A stretch of 64,000 nt of DNA from Fimbriimonadales bacterium. GTDB lineage: Bacteria > Armatimonadota > Fimbriimonadia > Fimbriimonadales > ATM1. Each line of letters begins with the position of its first letter. Position 1 is the first letter of the stretch. Below are positions 1 to 9,645 of this stretch, one piece after another. The notes beneath the pieces were generated by a model. The model was not told where the DNA came from, made no database searches, and was given only the letters and a program-made list of their open reading frames with translations. The stretch spans positions 116,333 to 180,332 of the forward strand of contig JBGTLG010000039.1 of NCBI GenBank assembly GCA_041744215.1, written 5' to 3'. Both the position numbers and the translations under genes were made by a program.

Positions 1-348
1 TGGCTTGGGGGTCCCAAGCAGTCGGCGTTGACCGGAAGCGGGCAGCGCGCTCTCGACGCGTACATCGGGACGCACCTATACTTCTGGGAGGCGTTTCCAA
101 GCGCACTCGGTCGCGGGATGAAGCTTGCCGGGGGCCCAAGGGCGACAGACGTTCTCAAGGGGTTGCTCTACGCCATTGAGGAGATTGGCGACTGGGAGGT
201 GTACGTTCCGGACCGGCTTCGCGGCAAGGAAGTTTGGCTGCCGGTCAATGGCTGGAAGGTATCGGGCGGATCGGTGGTGAGCCGAAGCGGCACTTGGGCA
301 AAGATTCGGACTAGCAACGTCAAGCTAGAGGTCGTCAAACCTGACTAG
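1..348 (+). CDS. hypothetical protein, 3' part (5'-truncated by window)
   Basis: Frame is open from base 1 to TAG at 346-348; stop overlaps the stop of the convergent iscA-like gene; no recognised motif. Confidence 0.55.
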   Translation, partial: WLGGPKQSALTGSGQRALDAYIGTHLYFWEAFPSALGRGMKLAGGPRATDVLKGLLYAIEEIGDWEVYVPDRLRGKEVWLPVNGWKVSGGSVVSRSGTWAKIRTSNVKLEVVKPD

Positions 349-704
349 CCGGTTTCTTTCGGCGTGAAACTGGTTCCACATCCGCACCCACGGGCTGCGT
401 TCGGATTTTCGAACTTGAACCCGCCACCAATCAGTTCGCCGGTAAAGTCCAGGGTGGCGCTCTTAAGGAACTGAGCAGATTTTGGGTCGATGACGACGCG
501 GATGCCGTCGATCTGCGCCTCCAGGTCCCCATCTTTGTTTGTCGAATCCAGGCGCATGACGTATTCGAGCCCCGAGCATCCCCCGCCCTTCACACCAAGG
601 CGAAGGAACTTGTCGCCGCCTGCCTTTTCGATCAGTTTACGAACTCGCGCGACGGCGGCCTCGCTGAGGCTCACAGGAAAATCAGTAAGTGATTTCGAAT
701 CCAT
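345..704 (-). CDS. HesB/IscA family Fe-S cluster assembly accessory protein
   Basis: GGGCSG and CGCGTSF motifs; ATG at 704 preceded by TACAAT 8 nt upstream. Confidence 0.93.
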   Translation of the reverse strand: MDSKSLTDFPVSLSEAAVARVRKLIEKAGGDKFLRLGVKGGGCSGLEYVMRLDSTNKDGDLEAQIDGIRVVIDPKSAQFLKSATLDFTGELIGGGFKFENPNAARGCGCGTSFTPKETG

Positions 705-791
705 GTTCTTCAATTGTATTCAACGTTGAGGACTGTCCGCGCGATCCCCTGCGGGCAAGATTCCATCCTTTGGGCGTAGAATCCCGACTCA

Positions 792-2810
792 ATGACGGAG
801 ATTCCAACACGCGAGGAGTTCTTATTCCTCCCAGCTTGGCAAAAGACGCTGTTCTACGTCTTGATCTTCGGTTGTCTGGCGGTGCTGGCTTATCAAGTCT
901 ACATCCGCTTTAAGCTTTGGCGACAAGGCAAGCCCATTGACTGGAAACCTGATTATCTCGGCGGCGTCATTCGTTACGTCCTGGGCCAGAAGAAGGTGAA
1001 GAGTTCGCGGCCCAAGAGTGGCGCGCCGATGCACCTGCTCATCTTCTATGGATTCTTGGCACTTTTCATAGCGACGACGCTTCTCGCAGTCAACACTTAT
1101 TCTCCGTGGAAGTTTCACCAGGGCACCTACTACCTCATCTACGAATTCACGTTCGATTGGCTGGGGCTACTGCTCGTCATAGGGTTGGTTTGGGCACTTG
1201 GGCGGAGGTTGCTGTTCCGACCGCGCTCGGTGACCAACGATCCTGGCGATATCGCAGCTTTGCTCCTGCTGTTGGTCGTCGCCGTAACAGGGTACTTGGT
1301 AGAAGCAGCGAGAATGAGCGCGAATCCGAAGTGGTTCGACACTTCCGCTCCCGTAGGCTATTGGCTTTCAGGGTTGCTGGGCCCGATCTCTCCAGACGCT
1401 TACGTCGCGATTTGGTGGACGCACTCATTGTTAGTAATGGCGTTCATCGTGATGATTCCACGGCTAAGACTGCGGCATATCGCATATGCGTTTTTTTCAG
1501 CTGCGGGTCGCGACCCTAACGCGAAGATGGGCGAACTAAGACCCATTTCGATGGAAGAGGTTGAGCAGACCGGCAAAATCGGTGTAACTGACCATCGGGA
1601 TTATTCGCGATGGCATCTGATGTCACTGGATGCCTGTATGGAATGCGGACGTTGCACTGATGTGTGTCCTGCGTGGAATGTTGGCAAAGTACTGAATCCG
1701 AAGCATGTCGTTCAAGACATTCGGTCGTCGATGACGGTTGGAAGGGGTGTCGCCGAAGCAGTCAGCGAGGAGGCTCTTTGGGCTTGCACGACCTGCAATG
1801 CTTGCGTTGAGGCGTGCCCTGTCTTGATTCGACACGTCGACTTGATTGTCGACGCGCGGCGGGGGCTAGTCGCAGAGGGACGATTGACGGGAACCGCCGC
1901 GACGATGTTGAGGCAAGTTCAATCGACTCACAGCGCATGGGGACAACCGAAGGAGGAGCGCGAAAAGTGGATGGGAGGACACAATGTTCCGCTCGCTCGC
2001 GATTTGGTTGCGCGCGGTGAGTCGTTTGACGTTTTGCTCTGGGTGGGGTGCGCGGGAACCACCGACCCGAACGCAATCAAGACTTATCGCAGTATTGCTG
2101 CGATGCTTCACAAATCGGGAGTTCGATTTGCATCGCTAGGGCGCGAGGAGATGTGCACCGGAGATCCGGCCCGAAGGGCTGGGGACGAATTCCTGTTTCA
2201 AGAAATGGCCGCTGCAAATATTGCCACGTTTGAAGGCTACGGTGTTAAGACCATTCTCACCGCATGTCCGCATTGCTTCAACACCATTAAGAACGAGTAT
2301 CCCCAGTTTGCCGGCAACTACGAAGTGATGCACCACACCCAGTTTCTTGCGAAGTTAGTGACTGATGGTAGATTGAAATCGCCTTCGTTTGAAGCTGGAT
2401 CAGTGACGATGCACGATCCCTGTTATCTTGCGCGAGTCAACAATGAAACGGATGCTCCAAGAATCGCGCTCGGAGTTCCTTCAGATCAAAACCTCTATGA
2501 GACGCCGATAGGAAAGTACTTGAACGAACCGGTGGAAGCTGGCAACGAATTGTCGGAGGTGGAGGCGCACGGGAGGAAAACGCTTTGTTGTGGAGCGGGC
2601 GGAGCGCGGATGTGGATGGAGGAAGATGCGAATCAGCGGCCAGGGGAGCGGCGGGCGAAGCAGCTGCTGGACACAGGTGCGGAGACTGTAGCGCTCGGCT
2701 GCCCGTTCTGTCGAATCATGCTTGAGGCGAGTATGCAGAAGATTGCGCCTGAAGGCGCGCCACAGTTTAAGGACGTTGCCGAACTCCTGCACGAGGCGAA
2801 TCGTGATTAG
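792..2810 (+). CDS. membrane-bound Fe-S oxidoreductase, FadF/HdrD-GlpC-like
   Basis: N-terminal TM helices, two CxxCxxCxxxCP motifs, CCG-type domains (ACPHC, HDPCY, CCGAGG, GCPFC). Confidence 0.88.
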   Translation: MTEIPTREEFLFLPAWQKTLFYVLIFGCLAVLAYQVYIRFKLWRQGKPIDWKPDYLGGVIRYVLGQKKVKSSRPKSGAPMHLLIFYGFLALFIATTLLAVNTYSPWKFHQGTYYLIYEFTFDWLGLLLVIGLVWALGRRLLFRPRSVTNDPGDIAALLLLLVVAVTGYLVEAARMSANPKWFDTSAPVGYWLSGLLGPISPDAYVAIWWTHSLLVMAFIVMIPRLRLRHIAYAFFSAAGRDPNAKMGELRPISMEEVEQTGKIGVTDHRDYSRWHLMSLDACMECGRCTDVCPAWNVGKVLNPKHVVQDIRSSMTVGRGVAEAVSEEALWACTTCNACVEACPVLIRHVDLIVDARRGLVAEGRLTGTAATMLRQVQSTHSAWGQPKEEREKWMGGHNVPLARDLVARGESFDVLLWVGCAGTTDPNAIKTYRSIAAMLHKSGVRFASLGREEMCTGDPARRAGDEFLFQEMAAANIATFEGYGVKTILTACPHCFNTIKNEYPQFAGNYEVMHHTQFLAKLVTDGRLKSPSFEAGSVTMHDPCYLARVNNETDAPRIALGVPSDQNLYETPIGKYLNEPVEAGNELSEVEAHGRKTLCCGAGGARMWMEEDANQRPGERRAKQLLDTGAETVALGCPFCRIMLEASMQKIAPEGAPQFKDVAELLHEANRD

Positions 2811-3186
2811 AGGCTTAGGGATTGACGTTGTGGAGGTGCGGCGCATCGAACAGGCGATGGAAAATCCTCGATTTGTGGACCGAGTCCTGACCGCGCAGGA
2901 GCAACACCAACCGGTTACGGCGCCTTTTGTCGCTGGGCGCTGGGCGGCGAAGGAAGCCGTCGCGAAGGCGGTCACCGTTCGATTGCGATGGCACGACATT
3001 GAGATACTGAACGATGAGAATGGCAAGCCTTACGTTCGGTTTGCGACTCCCGACCACGAAGATCCGACGATGACGCTTGCGCCTGTGCTACTCGAAGTTG
3101 GCTATCGCGTCGCTTCTCAGATTCACATATCGATATCTCATGAGCGCGGGATTGCCAGCGCGGTCGCGATCTGGGAGGAGGACTGA
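2803..3186 (+). CDS. acpS: holo-ACP synthase
   Basis: GLGIDVV, AGRWAAKEA, GKP and ISISHE motifs; GTG start at 2803 overlaps upstream gene end. Confidence 0.9.
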   Translation: MIRGLGIDVVEVRRIEQAMENPRFVDRVLTAQEQHQPVTAPFVAGRWAAKEAVAKAVTVRLRWHDIEILNDENGKPYVRFATPDHEDPTMTLAPVLLEVGYRVASQIHISISHERGIASAVAIWEED

Positions 3187-3788
3187 TGAGATTGGCTGTG
3201 ATGGTCGGAGCGAAAGGCAGGGGCTCGAATATGAGCGCGATTTTGCGGGCATGCAGTTCTGGCCGTTTGGACGCAGAGTGCGGAGTCGTCATTGCACCCA
3301 GTAAGAACGTGCCGGCAATCGAAACCGCGAGCGAGATGAATGCGGAGGTTGCGGTCATTTCGCCAGATGAATCCGCGTATGCCGATGCGCTTCTCAACAT
3401 CTTGGAGTTGGAGCGAGTCGACTTACTTTGCCTTGCCGGCGTGACGCGTTTGCTTCCGCGCGAAGTCGTGCGGGCGATGCCTCGCAGGATTCTCAACATT
3501 CACCCCGCGCTGTTGCCGAAGTTTGGAGGCAAAGGGATGTATGGGTTGCGAGTTCATCAAGCTGTAATCGACGCCGGCGAACGAGTGTCTGGATGCACAG
3601 TACACTATGTCACGGAAGAGTATGATGAGGGTGAGATATTGTTGCAAATGACGTGCCCATTGGACACCGCAGAAACGGCTGAGACGCTTGCGGCAAAGGT
3701 ATTGGCGTTAGAGCACGAGTGTTATGTGAAAGCGATTCAGATGTGGATCGCGCACCGCTACAGCAGAGGTCGGAACGCGTCCTTGTAG
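3186..3788 (+). CDS. purN: phosphoribosylglycinamide formyltransferase
   Basis: GRGSNM, NIHPALLPKFGG and GCTVHYV..EYDEG motifs; TGATG coupling to acpS. Confidence 0.93.
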   Translation: MRLAVMVGAKGRGSNMSAILRACSSGRLDAECGVVIAPSKNVPAIETASEMNAEVAVISPDESAYADALLNILELERVDLLCLAGVTRLLPREVVRAMPRRILNIHPALLPKFGGKGMYGLRVHQAVIDAGERVSGCTVHYVTEEYDEGEILLQMTCPLDTAETAETLAAKVLALEHECYVKAIQMWIAHRYSRGRNASL

Positions 3789-4111
3789 TGGTTTAGTTCC
3801 TCACCGTTTATCGCAACGACGTCAAAGCGACAGATGTGATCGGACTGGCCCACGTCAGCGAGGTACTGTTCCGCTGTAATCCACAATCGTTTTTGCTTTG
3901 CGGGCGTGACCGATTCCTCAGCCGTTTCCCATGCACCCTTCCTGCGTGATCGAACTTCGACGAATACGAGTTCGTCGCCGTCTTTGGCAACGATGTCGAT
4001 TTCGGATGCACCCTTCTTGTAGTTGCGGGTAACGATGGAGTATCCAATTGCGAGCAGGAACTCGACTGCACGCTTCTCGCCGACGTCGCCTATCCCACGA
4101 AATCCAGACAC
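3758..4111 (-). CDS. YraN family putative endonuclease
   Basis: GEKRA, RNY, EIDIVA, FVEVR and RFDVV motifs; follows rnhB; GTG start at 4111 inferred. Confidence 0.88.
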   Translation of the reverse strand: MSGFRGIGDVGEKRAVEFLLAIGYSIVTRNYKKGASEIDIVAKDGDELVFVEVRSRRKGAWETAEESVTPAKQKRLWITAEQYLADVGQSDHICRFDVVAINGEELNHYKDAFRPLL

Positions 4112-4704
4112 GGCTGCTCCAATACATTGCGGACTGGCGCGAAAGACGTTCTGTGTGCCGGGCATGGACCAAACTCGCGAAGCGCCCAGAGATGCTCGGG
4201 GGTCGCGTAACCGAAATGGCGTTCAAATCCGTACTCTGGATACTCGTGCGCAAGACGGACCATCAACGCATCGCGGTAAGTCTTTGCAAGTACGCTGGCC
4301 GCTGCGATTTGTAGGAATCTGGAGTCGCCTTTGATCACGCACTCTACGGGAACCTCTAAACCTGGCGGGGGACGGTTGCCGTCGATTAGCGCTCCTCCAA
4401 TCTGGCACTCCAGTCCCTCAACCGCGCGCCTCATCGCGGCCATAGTCGCCCAAAGGATGTTGAGATTGTCGATCTCGTGAGGATCAGCAAGCGAGATCGA
4501 CCAGGTGCACTGAGATTGGATCGCGATCGCGGCATGCTCGCGAGCCGCCGGCGTCATCTGCTTGCTGTCCGTGAGGCCTTCGAAGCGAAAGCCGTCTGGT
4601 GCCAGCACAGCGGCAGCGACGACAGGACCAGCCAGGGGTCCCCGCCCCGCTTCATCAACTCCTGCCCAACCAGGGCGGATCTCTAGTGCGGCTCTAGTGT
4701 GCAT
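4090..4704 (-). CDS. rnhB: ribonuclease HII
   Basis: GVDEAGRGPLAGPVVAAAV, DSK, IDGN, KGD and AAASVLAK..RD motifs. Confidence 0.95.
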   Translation of the reverse strand: MHTRAALEIRPGWAGVDEAGRGPLAGPVVAAAVLAPDGFRFEGLTDSKQMTPAAREHAAIAIQSQCTWSISLADPHEIDNLNILWATMAAMRRAVEGLECQIGGALIDGNRPPPGLEVPVECVIKGDSRFLQIAAASVLAKTYRDALMVRLAHEYPEYGFERHFGYATPEHLWALREFGPCPAHRTSFAPVRNVLEQPCLDFVG

Positions 4705-4762
4705 CCCGTCAAAAGACGGGCTAGTTTAGGCCGAAGCTTCGACTCCGCGCAACGGTTTGCCT

Positions 4763-5284
4763 TTAGAGTCCAGCTGCGCTTTTTGCTGAGCGCATGTCGT
4801 CCAGAAGTCTCTCGCCCTTATAGCCGACGACTTTGGAAACCTGGCTGCCATCTGGGGCTAAGAACCGGATATCTGGAATTCCGCTGACTCCGTACTTCTG
4901 GGCAACCTTCGGCTGCTCATCGGTATCGATCTTGACAAGGATAAAGTCCTTGGCCGCTTCTTTGAACTGTTCGGTCGGGAAGACCTTGTCGACGTACATC
5001 TGGCATGGACCGCACCAGGTCGCCATGAAGTCGACCATCACCATCTTGTTCTCTGACTTTGCGAGCTTCATTGCCTCGTCCAGGTTTGTCATCCAAGCCC
5101 GGTCAGCCTGATGTTCAGCCCCGCCGCGGGCGTCCGTCCCCTCGCCGGCCTTGCCGGGCACCGTGGATTCTGCGGTCACGACGGTAGGCTCACCGCTGTC
5201 GGCAATAGGTTCGGTTTCATCGCAGCCTCCCAGCGCGATTGAGGCGGCGACGGCGAGAGCGGAGAGGGTGAGTAAGGTCTTCAT
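4763..5284 (-). CDS. exported thioredoxin-family lipoprotein
   Basis: Signal peptide with LGGC lipobox; WCGPC active site; GIP cis-Pro loop. Confidence 0.85.
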   Translation of the reverse strand: MKTLLTLSALAVAASIALGGCDETEPIADSGEPTVVTAESTVPGKAGEGTDARGGAEHQADRAWMTNLDEAMKLAKSENKMVMVDFMATWCGPCQMYVDKVFPTEQFKEAAKDFILVKIDTDEQPKVAQKYGVSGIPDIRFLAPDGSQVSKVVGYKGERLLDDMRSAKSAAGL

Positions 5285-5307
5285 AGTGTCATTCTCGGTA
5301 CAAGTAG

Positions 5308-5997
5308 CTAACCTGTTCTACGGTTTTGGAGTTCCAGGCGATCCAGCGAGATGGGCCCTAGGCTCAAATTGAAGACGTTCTCGAACGCGGCTTTAGCTTC
5401 ACTCATCGCCTGGCTTCGGGTTATGTCCCGACCAGTTTCAACGGCAAGCGAGGTAACTCCACGGTCGGGAAGGCCGCAAGGGACGATCCAGTTGAATGGC
5501 GTGAGATCATTATTGCAGTTGAGGGCGATGCCATGAGTGCTGACCCATTTCGACACTTTGATTCCTATTGCGGCGATTTTCTTTTCGCCAACCCAGACTC
5601 CAGTGTTCGGGGGGAAACGACGACCTTCCACACCGCACGCTGCAATGGTGCGAATCGTGGCTTCTTCGAGATCTCTGAGCCACTTGTGCAGGTCAGAGCC
5701 GTGGTCTCTCAGGCTGAAGATTGGATAAATCACGAGTTGGTCTGGGCCATGGTAGGTGATATCCCCACCTCGATCAGTCGGCTGGATTGAAATGCCGCGT
5801 TCCTCGTAGTACTCTGAGTCGTAGAGAAGATTTTGCGGGTGGTAACTCGCACCGAGCGAGTAGACGGGGTCGTGCTCCACAAAGAGCAACGTGTCTCTGA
5901 TATCGCCAGACGCTCTGCGAAGCGCCAGGCTCTTTTGCAATTGCCAGCACTGCGAATACTCGATTCGGCCGACGTCGATGAAATCTCCGTAACGCAA
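5308..5997 (-). CDS. lipB: lipoyl(octanoyl) transferase
   Basis: EHDPVYSLG, RGGDITYHGP, KIAAIG, HGIALN and IVPCG motifs. Confidence 0.94.
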   Translation of the reverse strand: MRYGDFIDVGRIEYSQCWQLQKSLALRRASGDIRDTLLFVEHDPVYSLGASYHPQNLLYDSEYYEERGISIQPTDRGGDITYHGPDQLVIYPIFSLRDHGSDLHKWLRDLEEATIRTIAACGVEGRRFPPNTGVWVGEKKIAAIGIKVSKWVSTHGIALNCNNDLTPFNWIVPCGLPDRGVTSLAVETGRDITRSQAMSEAKAAFENVFNLSLGPISLDRLELQNRRTG

Positions 5998-6007
5998 CGT
6001 GAATCAT

Positions 6008-6083
6008 TGGCGCGCCCGAAGGGATTCGAACCCCCGACTTCCTCCTCCGGAGGGAGGCGCTCTATCCGCTGAGCTACGGGCGC
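6008..6083 (-). tRNA. tRNA-Arg(CCG)
   Basis: Reverse complement GCGCCCGTAGCTCAGCGGATAGAGCG-CCTCC-CTCCGGA-GGAGG-AAGTCGGGGGTTCGAATCCCTTCGGGCGCG-CCA; cloverleaf, TTCGAAT T-loop, encoded CCA. Confidence 0.96.
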
Positions 6084-6179
6084 GTCCGCGAAAAGTATGG
6101 CACAGCGGGACTTTCGGCCCCGATGCCGAATCCTGTCGACTGGGATTCTCGTGACTCCAGTAGACTCACTGTCTAGATC

Positions 6180-7832
6180 ATGCGCAATTGCCTCATCATC
6201 TCTCTTGCCGTTGGGCTCACGTCCGTTGCTCTGTTCGCAGGTTTCCGCTGCACGCAGGCGCGCGTACAAGCGCAACTCGGCACAAAAACTCAAGAGTCAA
6301 TCAAAGTCGAAAAAGGCGACATTTCGGTTACCGTTGTCGAAGGCGGAACGATCCAGGCGGCCCAAAAAGTGGAAGTGAAGAGTCGGGTTTCTGGGCGTGT
6401 GCTTCAACTCAATGTTCGGGAGGGTGACCGGGTTGAGCGGGGGCAGCTGATCGCCACCATCGACCCGCAAGAGATACGACTTCAAGTCGACCAAGCGAGC
6501 GCGCAATTGCGGGGGGCAGAAAGCGCTGCGCGGCGGGCACAACTAAGCATAGGACAGACCGAAAAAGAATTGCGAACTCAAGTTGTCCAGAGCGAACAGC
6601 GTCTGATTCAAGCAGAGCGCGAGTGGAAGAGTCAGCCGGAATTGAGTCGCAATCAGACAGCACAGACTCGTATCGCATACGAAAACGCGGTTCGGAATCG
6701 CGAAACACTCGCAAACATCACGCATCCACAGGAGCGCGTTCGAGTCGACGCGTCGCTGCAGAGCGCAGAGATGCAGCACGCCAACGATAAGCGTGAATTG
6801 GATCGTAAGACGGCTCTATTGCAGCAAGGTTATGTTTCGCAACGAGAGGTCGACGCCGCGCGCTCGCAACTATCTTCTTCGGAGAGCGCGCTCGTTCGGG
6901 CAAGAGACGAAGCGCGGCGGCTGACAGACAAACACGGTGCCGAATTGCGGAGTGCGGAGAACAACGTTCGCGAGGCAAAAGCCGCGCTTGATGTCGCGCT
7001 TACTCGTTCAAACCTTGACAAGAACAAGGAGCAGGTTTATCTCGACGCTAAGGCAGCCCACCAGCAGGCGAAAGCGAACCTGGCACGAGTTGAGTTAGAG
7101 CGCGCCTCATACCAGCAGGCGCTTGCTCAATCTGACCAGATTCGCGCTTCACTAGCCGAAGGACGCAGACAGCTTGGCGAAACTGAGATACGCGCTCCCA
7201 TGAGCGGCGTCGTCACAAAGCGACTTGTGGAACAGGGAGAGTTAGTTTCGGCGCTCAGCAGTTTTTCTGGTGGGACACCCATCGTCGAGATTGGGGACCT
7301 GTCCGACCTTCAAGTTGATTTAGAAGTTAATGAGATTGACGTCGCTAAACTCGCAGAGGGAATGCAGGCAGAGATTCAAGTAGATGCGCTACCCGATCGC
7401 AAGTTGAAAGGTGAAATCAAGCGGATCGCTCCGTCAAGCGCCGCAGATGCTGCTGGACAAGCAGCGGCTGTTGTCAGATTTCGGGTCGAGGTTCGCATCG
7501 AAGACGGAGACGAACGAATCAAGCCGGGAATGTCTGCGAGGTGCAGCATGAAGGCCGTTGACATTCGAGGCGTGTTGCGCGTGCCTATCGAGTATTTGGG
7601 TACGGATGACGAGGGCCGATTCGTCCTGATACAGCGTCAAGACGGCCAGGGTAAGCGGATTGACCCCGAAAAGCGCCGTGTCGATGTGGGTGCCTTCAGC
7701 GTGACCTTCGCTGAGATTCGGTCCGGCATCACCGAAGGGGAAACCATTGTCAAACCTGAATTCTCCGGCCCCCCCCGGATCGGAATGATGTCTGCCGGAC
7801 CCGATTCCGGGGGCAGTGAGACGGACGAATGA
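6180..7832 (+). CDS. MacA/HlyD-like periplasmic adaptor subunit
   Basis: N-terminal TM, lipoyl half motifs (SGRV..L.V.EGD.V..GQL; IRAPMSGVV), long coiled coil, V.EIDV..L..G beta-barrel motif. Confidence 0.88.
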   Translation: MRNCLIISLAVGLTSVALFAGFRCTQARVQAQLGTKTQESIKVEKGDISVTVVEGGTIQAAQKVEVKSRVSGRVLQLNVREGDRVERGQLIATIDPQEIRLQVDQASAQLRGAESAARRAQLSIGQTEKELRTQVVQSEQRLIQAEREWKSQPELSRNQTAQTRIAYENAVRNRETLANITHPQERVRVDASLQSAEMQHANDKRELDRKTALLQQGYVSQREVDAARSQLSSSESALVRARDEARRLTDKHGAELRSAENNVREAKAALDVALTRSNLDKNKEQVYLDAKAAHQQAKANLARVELERASYQQALAQSDQIRASLAEGRRQLGETEIRAPMSGVVTKRLVEQGELVSALSSFSGGTPIVEIGDLSDLQVDLEVNEIDVAKLAEGMQAEIQVDALPDRKLKGEIKRIAPSSAADAAGQAAAVVRFRVEVRIEDGDERIKPGMSARCSMKAVDIRGVLRVPIEYLGTDDEGRFVLIQRQDGQGKRIDPEKRRVDVGAFSVTFAEIRSGITEGETIVKPEFSGPPRIGMMSAGPDSGGSETDE

Positions 7833-9061
7833 ACCTGACGCAGTCGTTCCTGATTGCGTTGGATATGTTACGCTTGCACAAGTTGCGGGCGTTTTTAACG
7901 ATGCTGGGCGTCATCATCGGGGTGATGAGTGTCACGCTGATCGTGATGCTTTCAGAAGGCTTTAGGCAGTATCTGAATACGGAGTTTGGCAAGCTTGGGG
8001 CCGACACGATCATCATCATGTACGACCCGGGCCGGAGGATGCGGGGCCAAACGACCGGTGGTGTCGATGGGCTCAAGTTGTCCGACATTGATTACGTTCT
8101 TCAGAGATCAAAGACAGTTGACATCGCAAGCGGCTTCAACATGTATCCAGGTCAATCTGTCACTTATCTGGATCGAGAGGTTTCGGACTCAGAGATTAAT
8201 GCGATCGATGGAAACTTTCTCGCGTTGAATCGCTTCAATGTCGCCGAGGGCCGGTTGATTACTGAGAACGATGTTTTGTTTCGGAACAACGTCGTTCTCA
8301 TCGGAGAAGAGATCAAGGATCGGCTCTTTCCTAATGAAGAGGCACTCGGCAAGATGGTCAATCTGCGAGGCATCACTCTTGAGGTTGTTGGGGTGTTGGA
8401 GACCATTGAGATACTTGGGCAATCATCCAAGAAGGACGTCATGGTTCCATTGTCGACCGTTCAGGACAAATGGATGGGCGGCGACAATCTGATGATGATC
8501 ATGGTTCGTCCCAGGAGCGGCTACACCGTCGATCAGACGATGGATGAGGTGTGGCAGATCATGATGCAGAAGTCGAACAATCGGCCCATTTATCGTGTCG
8601 ATTCGCGGCAGTCAATTCTAGAAGTGCTGGGGAGCGTCATTGGTGTCGCTGGAATCGTGTTAGGTGCAATCGCCGCACTGTCACTACTTGTGGGAGGAAT
8701 CGGGATCATGAACATCATGCTGGTCAGCGTCACGGAGCGGACGCGAGAGATTGGTTTACGAAAGGCAGTGGGCGCGAAGCGTGCCGCGGTTTTGACGCAG
8801 TTTCTTGTGGAATCCGCGGTTCTGTCCTTGACGGGGGGAGCACTTGGCATGGTGTTTGGATGGCTAATCGGCCAAGCCGTGTCTGCGATAACCGCGTCCG
8901 CGAATCTCCTTGGACCGGGTCAGGGATTCGACGTCGCGTTTCCAATCTGGGCAGCGATGTTCGCCCTTGCGTTCTCGGCGTTGGTCGGGATCGTCTTCGG
9001 TATCTACCCGGCGTGGAGCGCATCCAGCCTCGATCCGATTGACGCTCTGAGGTCGGAATAG
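7829..9061 (+). CDS. MacB/FtsX-type ABC permease
   Basis: LRAFLTMLGVIIG, GGIGIMNIMLVSVTERTREIGLRKAVGA and LDPIDALRSE motifs; ATGA overlap with adaptor gene. Confidence 0.92.
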   Translation: MNLTQSFLIALDMLRLHKLRAFLTMLGVIIGVMSVTLIVMLSEGFRQYLNTEFGKLGADTIIIMYDPGRRMRGQTTGGVDGLKLSDIDYVLQRSKTVDIASGFNMYPGQSVTYLDREVSDSEINAIDGNFLALNRFNVAEGRLITENDVLFRNNVVLIGEEIKDRLFPNEEALGKMVNLRGITLEVVGVLETIEILGQSSKKDVMVPLSTVQDKWMGGDNLMMIMVRPRSGYTVDQTMDEVWQIMMQKSNNRPIYRVDSRQSILEVLGSVIGVAGIVLGAIAALSLLVGGIGIMNIMLVSVTERTREIGLRKAVGAKRAAVLTQFLVESAVLSLTGGALGMVFGWLIGQAVSAITASANLLGPGQGFDVAFPIWAAMFALAFSALVGIVFGIYPAWSASSLDPIDALRSE

Positions 9062-9077
9062 ACCTCAGGGCCGCTTG

Positions 9078-9599
9078 TTAATACTCGATAAGCGCGCCGA
9101 TATCGTAGCCTCGCAGCGCGTGCCGTCCGGGAAGGAAACTCAGCTCGACCATGAACGCGAAAATGGCGACGTTCGCCCCGGACCTCTCTGTCAGTCTTGC
9201 GCAGGCAAGCGCAGTGCCTCCTGTTGCGAGCAGGTCATCGACCACCGCAACGCGGTCACCATTGCGCAACGAATCCGAGTGCATCTCGATTGTATTCGTG
9301 CCGTACTCCAGCGAGTACTCCTCGGTTATTCGATCGTGCGGCAGCTTTCCTAACTTCCTCGCAACGACAAGGGGAAGCTTCAGTTTTAGCGCGATGGGTG
9401 CGCCGAAAATGAAGCCGCGCGACTCGATGGCCATGATGATCGTTGGATCATATCGGGCGATCATGTCGGTCATCCGATCGACGACTTCTTGAAATGCCTC
9501 GGGATCCTGGAGGACCGGCGTTATGTCCTTGAAGAGGATTCCTGGTTTCGGAAAGTCGGGGACATCACGGACGAGCGATGCGGCTTTGAGTTCTGACAT
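9078..9599 (-). CDS. apt: adenine phosphoribosyltransferase
   Basis: PDFPKPGILFKDI, ESRGF, RKLGKLP, LEYG and VDDLLATGGT motifs. Confidence 0.95.
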   Translation of the reverse strand: MSELKAASLVRDVPDFPKPGILFKDITPVLQDPEAFQEVVDRMTDMIARYDPTIIMAIESRGFIFGAPIALKLKLPLVVARKLGKLPHDRITEEYSLEYGTNTIEMHSDSLRNGDRVAVVDDLLATGGTALACARLTERSGANVAIFAFMVELSFLPGRHALRGYDIGALIEY

Positions 9600-9645
9600 G
9601 CCGAACAAAATATACCACCGCTCGTTTCATGCAGAATGAGTTCCC

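Noticed and set aside
6008..6083. tRNA as an integration site for an island or prophage
   Set aside because: No integrase and no duplicated tRNA 3' end noticed; flanks are ordinary genes
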